Origin: Octopus sinensis
Lineage: Eukaryota
Reading direction: 5' to 3'
NCBI RefSeq assembly: GCF_006345805.1
Contig: NC_043004.1
Span: 104,098,001 to 104,162,000 of the forward strand
Length of the DNA stretch: 64,000 nt
The notes under the pieces were generated by a model. That model made no database searches. It saw only the letters and a program-made list of their open reading frames with translations, and was not told the origin of the DNA. This document shows, in pieces, positions 53,419-64,000 of the stretch. The number at the start of each line of letters is the position of its first letter. The stretch's first letter is position 1. Position numbers and translations under genes: made by a program.

Positions 53419-54843
53419 GCAATGGAACAAATATTACCTTGCTTGAAAACAGGTGACAGGAAGGGCATCGAACCATAGAAAATCTTCCCCAACATGCAAG
53501 CTTGTCAAAGTAAATGATGATGATGATGATGATGATGATGACTCTGTCATCGTTAACTCAGCTGGCGTGATGAAAGCTTTGTATTGCTGATGGACACAGC
53601 ATGGCCAAATGTTTGAGAAATATGCTTTGCAACCATGAGTTCCCAAATTCAATCCCATTGCATGACATCTAAGACAAATGTATTTTATCCTTGGCTAAGG
53701 TCAATCCAAATGTTGTGAGCGAATTTGCCTTTGGGGAAGCCTATTGGATGTTCTGTGTCTTGCAATTTAAAGGTCCAGATCATAAATTGCACCACACTGA
53801 TTCTACCAGAGAATTACATTACACATGCCTGTGGAATACACAGCCACTTACTAATTCAATGAGCAGATAACTCCATTGATCTAACAACTGACTCCTCATG
53901 TCAAAACTGACAGAGATCCATTTATGCTTTGCTGATGAAGTCAGGATAAACCAGTGAGTATTTTGGTCTTCTACAATGTGTGTGTGTGTGGGGTCTGGTC
54001 TTCCATCACATAATAGTTGAAAATGAATGCCACTATCATCCAATTAGCATCCATTTATTTCCAATAAACTGCAAAAATATATCAAAGCCATGGGGTAATA
54101 TTAACCTTGCATGGAAACAGGTAATAGTTGGCAACAGGAAAGGCATCAGGCTGTAGAAAATATTGCTCAGAAAACCTGCCCCATACAAACACAGAAAAGA
54201 GGACATTAAAACAATGATGATGATGATGATGACGACGACAACAACGATGATAGCAGTGGTGGTAGTGGTGGTAGTGGTGGTCATGATGATCCTTAAGATG
54301 GTGGTAATGATGATAATCATGATGGTGGTGGTGGTGGTGGTGGTGATGGTGATGGTGGTGGTAATGATGATGATCATGATGATCATGGTGGTGGTGATGG
54401 TGGTGGTGGCGGTGATAATGATGATGATAAAGAAGAAGACAAAAAGTGTTTTCATAGTGAAACTAACATATTATTTCATAAAGTAGCTCTTAAGATAACA
54501 CAAACAGAGCAAATTAAAATGAAGACAATAACAGATTTCTGTTTTAAATTATAGTGTCTTTGTTTAACTAATTCCATAATATAATGTGGTGTTGGTAGTA
54601 GGGTGGAGGGGCGGGGGTGGGGGTGGCTAGCAGCTTTAGTGCTTTAGTGCAATGTCTTTTAAGTAGTGAAGCAGACAGTCATAGATAAGAGATCTTAAGA
54701 AATAGATGAAATCTGTACAGTTTCATACCTTCATGACCATCATCATTAAGTTAAGGTAAGTTACAGCAGTAGAGAGGTGGAGGGGAATTCTCATATACAC
54801 AAACACACATATACACATACATACATACATATATGTGTGTGTG

Positions 54844-54884
<41 letters not shown>

Positions 54885-54976
54885 GTATACACACATAAAA
54901 TACACACACATATATAGATGCATAAACACATATATTTATACTTGTGAGTGTGTGTGTGTGTGTGTGTGTGTATGAA

Positions 54977-55015
<39 letters not shown>

Positions 55016-55016
55016 T

Positions 55017-55067
<51 letters not shown>

Positions 55068-55319
55068 TTAGAAATACATAAAAGCATATCTATATATCTA
55101 TAACTATATATTATATCTTGATCCAACTATCTTGCTATGTAACTCATGTGCATGTGTGTGTGTGTGTGCATACATACATGTACTCGTGTGTCTGTGTGTA
55201 TGTAGGTATGTAAGTGTTTGTGTGTATGCATTCATGTATTTCTGGATGCAGGAATAAATGCATAGCTGTTCTTTTCAAACATCTTTCTTGAATTGCAACA
55301 ACTAAAATGTCTTCTTGAT

Positions 55320-55362
55320 AAACAACAACAACAACAGCAATAATAATAATAATAATAATAAC

Positions 55363-55394
<32 letters not shown>

Positions 55395-55538
55395 CACAAC
55401 AACAATAATAATAATAATAATAACAATGACAACAACAAGAAAAATAATAATAATATAATAATAATAATGATAATAATAATAATAATAATAATGATGATTA
55501 TGATGATGATGATACTAATAATAATAATAATAATGATA

Positions 55539-55571
<33 letters not shown>

Positions 55572-55729
55572 AATGACAACAACAACAACACAACAATAAT
55601 AATAATAATAACAATGACAACAACAAGAAAAATGATAATATGATAATAATAATAATAATGATAATAATAATAATAATAATAATGATGATTATGATGATGA
55701 TGATGATACTAATAATAATAATAATAATG

Positions 55730-55769
<40 letters not shown>

Positions 55770-55837
55770 TGACAACAACAACAACAACAATAATAATAAT
55801 AATAACAATGACAACAACAAGAAAAATGATAATAATG

Positions 55838-55889
<52 letters not shown>

Positions 55890-55960
55890 TGATTATGATG
55901 ATGATGATGATACTAATAATAATAATAATAATGACAATAATAATAATAATAATAATAATG

Positions 55961-55991
<31 letters not shown>

Positions 55992-56008
55992 CAACAACAA
56001 CAAAAATA

Positions 56009-56044
<36 letters not shown>

Positions 56045-56052
56045 TAATAATA
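55320..56052. repeat. (AAT)n-based compound microsatellite with higher-order repeat
   Basis: AACAATGACAACAACAAGAAAAAT recurs near 55422, 55611 and 55804. Confidence 0.9.
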
Positions 56053-56429
56053 GGGAAGTAAAATAAATATATTCTGGAACCATCTGAACCTTGGAAAATA
56101 TTAGAAAGGATAAAAACCCAGATCTTCCTGATAATTTCTTGAAATTGAAAACACATGTGCAAATTTATTTGCTCTGCATGTGTTTTTATGTGTGTGTGAG
56201 TGTGTGTACGTGTGTGTGAATGTTTGAAATGTGTGTGTCTACGTATAAACATATGAGGATGTATGTGTGTGTATAAACACATGAGGATGTTTGCACACGT
56301 ATATATATATATTATATATATATATGTGTGTGTGTGTGTCTGTGTGTGTCTATGCAAAGTTGTGTGCGAACATGGGGAAATTTTTGCATATATGGAGCGT
56401 GTGCATGAATGTGTGTCCGTGTTTGCATA

Positions 56430-56467
<38 letters not shown>

Positions 56468-56779
56468 CATCTGGAGATATGTATGTGTGTTCACAGCTGT
56501 TTGTTATTCATTGAAGAAGAGACAGGGGATGATTCTGACAGCGAGAAAACAACTGTAACAGCTTCTGGTGCAGCCATATGCATCTGCATATGTCACATAT
56601 GCATGCATGTATGTGTGTGTGCATGTACGCATGTATGTATGTATGTAGGAATGTGTATATGTATATATATATATAATATATATATATATATCTATATATA
56701 TATATATATATGTATATATATAATATATATATATGTATGTATATATATATATATCATATATATATATATATATATATAT

Positions 56780-56818
<39 letters not shown>

Positions 56819-56827
56819 TATACATAC

Positions 56828-56858
<31 letters not shown>

Positions 56859-57182
56859 TAATGCCTGTTTGTATTTTTTATATAGATGTATATAAGGATC
56901 TATGAAACGTTGCAGGCATATATTTACATTTATATGTATATATGAATATCTGAATGTGTAAATGCGTGCATGTATGTATATATACACGTGCGTGCACACA
57001 CACAGACAGACAGACACACATACACACAGACAGACAGACACACATACACACACATGTATATATATTTGTGAATTCATGTATATATGCGTGCATGTGTAAG
57101 TATATGTATGTGCATGTATGTCTGTGTGTGCGTTTATATATATATATATATAGACACACACACACATATATATATATATATG

Positions 57183-57234
<52 letters not shown>

Positions 57235-57435
57235 TATATATATATTTAAAATGTTGTTTGCTATGGCTGGTCAGAGAGTGAGGCCCATAACAAACAACCT
57301 TCTAAATATTACTGCTTAATGTTATAGAATGCCTCTTTTTGAATATATGAACAACTAACCAATATATACATACATATATATAAATATGTGTATATATCTA
57401 TCTATATCTCTCTCTCTATATATATATATATATAC

Positions 57436-57598
57436 ACTCGCGGAGTGGTTGGCGTTAGGAAGGGCATCCAGCTGTAGAAACACTGCCAGATCAGACTGGA
57501 GCCTGGTACAGCCCCTGGTTTCCCAGACCTCGGTCGAACCGTCCAACCCGTGCTAGCACGGACAACAGACGTTAAACGATGATGACAATGATGATGAT
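57436..57598 (+). mobile_element. SINE family D 3' part with (GAT)n tail
   Basis: GGTTGGCGTTAGGAAGGGCATCCAGC...GACGTTAAACGATGATG; related copies at 53430, 54090, 57945, 59640, 61045. Confidence 0.75.
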
Positions 57599-58559
57599 AT
57601 ATACGATGGTCTTCTTTCAGTTTCCATCTCCCAAATCCACTCACAAGGCTTTGGTCGGTCTGAGGCTATAGTAGAAGACATTTGCCCAAGATGATGATGA
57701 TGATGATGATGATATATATATGTATATGTACATAAACACACATATATATATACATATCTATGTTTGTGTGTGTATGTATATACTTATATATGCGTGTGTG
57801 TTCATATATATATATACACACACACACACATAAATACATAAGTGCATACATTCATGCATACATCACACATACATACATACATGCATACATACACACATAC
57901 ATACATACATACATACATGCATACATATATGTATGCTACTGTTCATCATCATCATTGTCTTTTTAATGCCACCATTTCCTTGTTTCCTTGAGTCCGATAG
58001 AATTTTGTTGAGGCAGGCTTTCTACAGCTGGATGCACTTCCCGTCGCCAACCCTCACCTGTTTCCAAGCAATGGTAATATTTCTCCAAGGTCCTTCAAAC
58101 ATGAGCAACACACTGCCTGGACATGGTATCACAAGAGATGGCAAATTAATAACATTAATAGTATGAGCATGTTGTTTCCTGACGACTGTCATGCAATATC
58201 AAGATAAAGAGACATACACACACATACACACACACACACAGTATATATACATGTATGTGTGTCTGTGTGTGTGTCTGTGTGTGTCTACCTATATACTTTG
58301 GGTGAGTATTTACATATCTGCTGATGCATATGAATCCAAAAGCAAACTGTAACAGCTTTCCATACATATCTTTGTCCATGTCAATGTTCATACATACATC
58401 TATACTTACTGCTCTGTGTGTGTGTGTGTGTGAGTGTGTGTGTGTGTGTGTGTGTGAGTAATATTCATAGAGAAAGAGAGAGAGAGAAAGGTAGGGAGGG
58501 GGAGAGGTAGGGAGGGAGATTGGGTAATTCAAATTCTTTTAAGCATTTTAATGATCTCT

Positions 58560-59600
58560 GTTACTCTTTTACTTGTTTCAGTCATTTGACTGTGGCCATG
58601 CCCATGCTGGAGCATGGCCTTTAGTCGAGCAAATCGACCCAGGACTTATTCTTTGTAAGCCTAGTACTTATTCTATCGTTCTCTTTTGCCAAACCGCTAA
58701 ATTACAGGGACATAAACACACCAACATCGGTTGTCACGCGATGTTGGGGGACAACCTCAGACACACAAACATTTACACACACATACATATATATATATAA
58801 AAATATATATATACGACGGGCTTTTTTCAGTTTCCGTCTACCAAATCCACTCACAAGGCTTTGGTCGGCCCAAGGCTATAGTAGAAGACACTTGCCCAAG
58901 GTGCCATGCAGTGGGACTGAACCCAGAACCATGTGATTCATAAGCAAGTTACTTACCACACAGCCACTCCTACGACATAAAAAATTTTAGTTTTTCTTTT
59001 TTATTAAAATTTCACTTTTAAATATTTATCTATTTTCCGTTGCATTAAGAAAGGAAAATACCATTATCAAAACATGATAATGTGTTCTTTGCCATAAAAA
59101 TGGCACAGAATATCAACCAAATCAACAGTCCAAGTCCAAACAGAACAGAAACAAGAAATGTATTGGAACCTTTCTAGCTATTCTTTCATTCTTTTATTCT
59201 CTTACTTGCTTCAATCATTAGACTGTGGCAATTCTGGGACACCATTCTGAAGAACTTTTGAGTGACTAAATTTACCCCAGTATTTGTTTTCATTTTTTAA
59301 GCTTGGTACTTATTCTATCGGATAATTTTGCCACTAAGTTATAGGAGACGTAAACACACCAACACTGGTTGTCAAGCTATGGTAGGGAACAAACACAGAG
59401 ACACACATGCACACACATACATATACATACACAACAGGCTTCTTTCAGTTTCCATCTACCAAATCCACACACAAAACTTTGGTTGGCCCAAGGCTATAGT
59501 AGAAGACTCTTACCCAAGGGGCTATGATGCTGTGGGACTGAACCAAAAACCATGTGGTTGAGAAGCAAGCTTCTTTCCGCACAGCCATTCCTGCACCTAT
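58560..59600 (-). mobile_element. two SINE family A copies (about 58560-58972, 59185-59600)
   Basis: Family motifs. Confidence 0.85.
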
Positions 59601-60729
59601 GTTACCATCTGTGAAAATTCCAAGGAATTTTGAAGCTACGCTGATGGCACATAAAAAGCACCATTCGAGCATGACCAATGCCAGTGCTGCCTGATTGGTT
59701 CCCATGCTGTTGGCTCATAAAAAGCACCATTCAAGCATGGTCGATGCCAGTGTGTCCTGACTGACTCCCATACCAGTGGCATGTGAAAAGCACCCACTAC
59801 ATTCTCGGAGTGGTTGGCATTAGGAAGGGCATCCTAATGCCAGAGCAGATTGGAGCCTAGTGCAGTCTCCTGGCTTGCCAATCCTCAGTCGAACCATCCA
59901 GCCCATGCCAGCATGGAAAGTGGACGTTAAACAATGATGATGATGACAAATCTTATTGGAAGATTGACCTGGATCAAGGAGATCAAACATGCTCAGTAGA
60001 CACAGCCATCTGTTACCATCCGTCTTCATAAAACTCCACTCAGTTCAATACAGCATGATTCAAAGGGATTTTTTTTACCTATGTCCTACAGCAGTGGTTC
60101 CCAGCCTTTTCACTACCAAGGACTCCTTTTATTTAAATGAGTTTTCGCTAAGTTACAAGGGTGTAAACACACCAATACCGGTTGACAAGCAGTGGTGGAA
60201 GACAATGCACACACACACGAGTCAGATCTGGTTTTTCACACTTAGGGTCAATTTGTTCGACTAAAAGGCAGTGCTCCAGCATGGCTGCAGTCAAATTACT
60301 GAAACAAGTAAAAAAATAAAAGAATAGGCACAAGGCCTGAAATTTTGGGAGAGGGTGGGGTGAAGTCAGTTACCTCAAGTTCAGTGCTAAACTAGTATTT
60401 ATTTCATCATCCCCAAAAGGCTAAAAAATAAAGCTGACCTCGGCAAAATATGGACTTAGAACATGAAGTGGGAAGAAATGCCTCTAAGCTCTTTGCTAGG
60501 CATGTTATTGATTGTGTCAGCTCACCACCTTAATACTGAATAGAATGATATTTGCTGTTTATTCAAAGGATATACAATTTCATGGTACATTTTTTTAATA
60601 ATGGGATTAAACAGTATTAAAATGCTGCAGACACTTTTGAATTACCCTGTGAATATATCTGTATGTGTGTGTGTGTGTGTGTGTGTGTTGTGTGTGTGTG
60701 TGTGTGTGTGAGTGTAAAAATATACACAA

Positions 60730-60968
60730 GTAATCACATAAATGTGAAACAAGGTGGGAAGAAAGTAGAACTTGAATACTGGAGGTAGAGTAATATGCCT
60801 TTTTTTATTATTAAAAAAAAAAAAAAAATGCTCCTCAGGGTTTCATGTTCCCATTCGTCAGGCAGTTGTGATCAAAGTTCTTGATCACAAATGTCCTACG
60901 AATGGGAACATGAAACCCTAAGTAGCAGTTTTTTGTGATGTTCTTGCAACTTTAATAATAAAAAATAT
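60730..60968. mobile_element. asymmetric palindromic mini-element with two hammerhead arms
   Basis: Arms about 60793-60875 and 60881-60968, loop AGTTC; consensus AACTGC-CTGACGA-ATG GGAA CAT-GAAAC cctra GTA-GCAGTT. Confidence 0.8.
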
Positions 60969-61044
60969 ATATAAACATATATATATTTATACACTCACAC
61001 ACACACACACATACACACACATGCATGTATATATATATATATAT

Positions 61045-61445
61045 CATCATCATCATCATCATCATCATCATCGTTTAGCGTCCGCTTTCCATGCTAGCAT
61101 GAGTTGGACGGTTCAACTGGGGTCTGGGAAGCCTGAAGGCTGCACCAGGCCAGTCAGATCTGGCAGTGTTTCTACAGCTGGATGCCCTTCCTAATGCCAA
61201 CCACTCCGTGAGTGTAGTGGGTGCTTTTTATGTGCCACCGACACAGGTGCCAGACGAGGCTGGCGAACAGCCACGCTCAGATAGTGTTTTTTATGTGCCA
61301 CCGACACAGGTGCCAGACGAGGCTGGCGAATGGCCACACTCGGATGGTGTTTTTTATGTGCCACTGACACAGGTGCCAGATGAGGCTGGTGAATGGCCAC
61401 GCTCGGATGGTGTTTTTTATGTGCCACCGACACCGGTGCCAGACA
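61045..61445 (-). mobile_element. SINE family D with internal 63-bp tandem repeat (about 3.5 copies)
   Basis: TTTTATGTGCCAC at 61226, 61289, 61352, 61415. Confidence 0.85.
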
Positions 61446-61756
61446 AGATATATATGTATAATATAAGGGTAAATAATTATTAATTTAAAAAATTAACAAT
61501 TATTACCGAGTAGTTTCGGTATGGAAATATAACCATTATCGGTAGGAACTTTTACAAAAAGTCCTTTATATATATATATCTATAAATATATAGGGTTAAG
61601 CAACCAGTTGCTTAGCCACATACCGTAAATTTAGAAATAGCAGTCTAAGACTACTTATTACTATTTTCTACAAATATAGCTCCACATATAACGTTTACTT
61701 GCAACTCAGATATGCAAAAAGAAGGAAAAATAACAAAAACAAACAGCCTTCAGTTA

Positions 61757-61815
61757 GTTGTGGACGCGTTTCTGGGTTAGAATTATAAAGAACTAATTCC
61801 CGTCTTCAGCACAAC
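61757..61815 (-). ncRNA. minimal type-I hammerhead ribozyme
   Basis: GTTGTG-CTGAAGA-CGGG aa TTAG..CTAA CCCA-GAAAC GC GTC-CACAAC; 6-bp stem I, ACGCGT stem III, GUC site. Confidence 0.8.
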
Positions 61816-61929
61816 ATTCCATCGGAGATAGCAGGAGATAGTCAGCACAAACCAAATCCATATAGATGAATGAATTTGCATTTTCCCTCCAAAATTGCCT
61901 TGTGTGTCACAAAAATAGCACCACAGAAA

Positions 61930-62330
61930 GAGAACTGTGGTTTGTTATAAGAGAATGAAAAATTCTATTATTTTGAGTCTGAGGCCATGTGGGAAGATGA
62001 ATGGAGGAATAACATCACCATCACTAGTGATCACTCCATATACCATGATGTTGACTGGATGTTTGATTTTTATTACTCTCGGTACATGTCCTCAGACTGC
62101 ATCCAAACACTCTGAAATGTTTGTACTGGAGCTTCCAGCATGAATGCCAGGCAGTATAGAATGTTGATTCCAAATTTCTAGCAGAGTGAATTGTATCATG
62201 GTGCTGTTTTTCTCACAGACGGTGCCCAACTGACCCTACTATACTGTGTAGTTGACAAAATCAAAAACAAACAATGTGCATGTGCAAAATTAAAAATTAA
62301 AAATGGCGACAATTTACCCACCACACCATG
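61930..62330 (-). mobile_element. maT/Tc1-like transposon remnant
   Basis: TA-CATGGTGTGG terminus; KHPVNIMVYGVITSDGDVIPPFIFPHGLRL. Confidence 0.7.
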
Positions 62331-62382
<52 letters not shown>

Positions 62383-62891
62383 GAGTGTGTATGTATGTAT
62401 ATATATATATATTAAAATGATTCACAATCAAAGGTGCAGAACTGGTGTACTCCGAATGAATAAGGTGATGTAATCCAATGGTAGAGAGAGAGATCCATAA
62501 ATAAGATGCTCCAAAACTGACAGAAGGATGGGAGTCTATGTGAGCGTGCAGTAAATAGTCAATTCAAAAAAAAAATGAGAAAACAAACAAACATGAGGAC
62601 ACAAAACAAGTAATGTATTAATATAATGCTCGGAGAAAGAAGAGAGTTGTTGTTTTATGTTTCAAGCATAGCTCTTGATATGTTTCAAGCATAGCTGGAA
62701 GCGGGAAAAGCAGGAAATCCAAAGGGAAAGAAGGAAGGAGAAATATCTATACATAATAAATATATATATATATATACAAGTTCAGCAAAATTTAGATGCA
62801 GATGAATATGGTACTTAAGTTAAAGGCACCAGAATTTTGTATGGTATTATTCATATAAATCAAATGGCATGATTATAATTTGTTTATTTTG

Positions 62892-62928
<37 letters not shown>

Positions 62929-63407
62929 ACATGCATATATGGGTACAGGACATCACCAACATTGCAAATAACATAAAATACGTAAACAAATGAGTTAAAT
63001 ACGTAAGCAACAAGAAAAAAATGGAAAACAGGACAAGTAAACACAGAGAAAACACCTTTCATCAGTTGTTTGCTGTCTATCTACTCCTCATTTCGAGCAT
63101 TCAACGACAATACGAGCCTTCAAAGACAGTTGCTCCCATAAATTCTAAAACAGAATTTAAGATTTAAGGAGGGTCAAAGTTGGGAACAAAAACATGACAG
63201 TGGAGACATACAAGGAAACCGAACATAAACAAACATGGAGGGTCGTTACACACACACATATATATATGTGCATGTGTGTGTGTGTGTGTATATATATAAT
63301 ATAAATATATGCACATGTATATATGTATATATATATGTTCTGTAATATATCTATATATATATATATATTATTATATATAATATATATATTATATATATAT
63401 ATATAAA

Positions 63408-63960
63408 TATAGAATGGTTGTATACTGTCAATCTAACAAGAATGTGACAGTAGGGGGTACACCACTGTTGTATAGCCCTAGGAGGCATCGAACGCCTCCT
63501 GACAGCTTCGACACATTTTTTCCCTGTGTCCTTATATACATATACGAAGGGGAGGCAAACACCCCCAACCGCCAGAACTGCATCTAGGGACACCGTGTTT
63601 CAGGATCCTGAAACATGGTGTCCCTAGATGCAGTTCTGGCGGTTGGGGGTGTTTGTCTCCCCTTCATATATGTATATAAGGACACAGGGAAAAAACACCG
63701 TGTTTCAGGATCCTGAAACATGGTGTCCCTAGATGTAGTTCTGGCAATTGGGGGTGTTTGTCTCCCCTTCATATATGTATATAAGGACACAGGGAAAAAA
63801 TGTGTCGAAGCTGTCAGGAGGCGTTCGATGCCTCCTAGGGCTATACAACAGTGGTGTACCCCCTACTGTCACGTTCTTGTTAGATTGACAGTATACAACC
63901 ATTCTATAGCCCCACCACCGTACAGGTCTCTACGAGAGATTTAGAAATTCAATATTTCTT
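63408..63960. mobile_element. large loop-less palindromic element with 105-bp internal duplication and unpaired tail, in (TA)n
   Basis: Symmetry axes at GGA|TCC 63605/63606 and 63710/63711; arms run 63408 to 63908; tail 63909-63960. Confidence 0.85.
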
Positions 63961-64000
63961 ATATAAATATATATATATATATAAATTATATATATATATA

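Noticed and set aside
56517-56570. Possible exon [17 protein letters not shown]
   Set aside because: Weak splice signals and no supporting neighbour exon
61226-61445. CRISPR-like repeat array
   Set aside because: Whole 63-bp units repeat with no unique spacers; eukaryotic SINE context; no cas genes

Overview
Eukaryotic, AT-rich, repeat-saturated DNA with no intact host protein-coding gene evident. The microsatellite load and SINE types suggest an octopus or other cephalopod genome (inference). Almost all track ORFs are translations of microsatellites or SINEs. Real coding remnants are transposon-derived: Tx1/L1-like LINEs, Penelope-like elements (PLE; RT and GIY-YIG), RTE and restriction-like-endonuclease (R4/Dong-type) LINE 3' ends, a full-length frameshifted mariner, maT/Tc1 and hAT remnants, a Helitron and piggyBac-type MITEs. 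Most notable: (i) about a dozen minimal type-I hammerhead ribozyme motifs, several inside asymmetric fold-back mini-elements in (TA)n; (ii) a SINE whose 3' tail matches the Tx1-like LINE 3' end and which appears to insert repeatedly at one site in its own family; (iii) a 340-bp snap-back palindrome at a LINE 5' end. There is also a 100-N gap, an apparent CpG-decay boundary near 44.7 kb, and two weak candidate host exons near 48.1-48.4 kb. All calls were made by eye; SINE coordinates are approximate.
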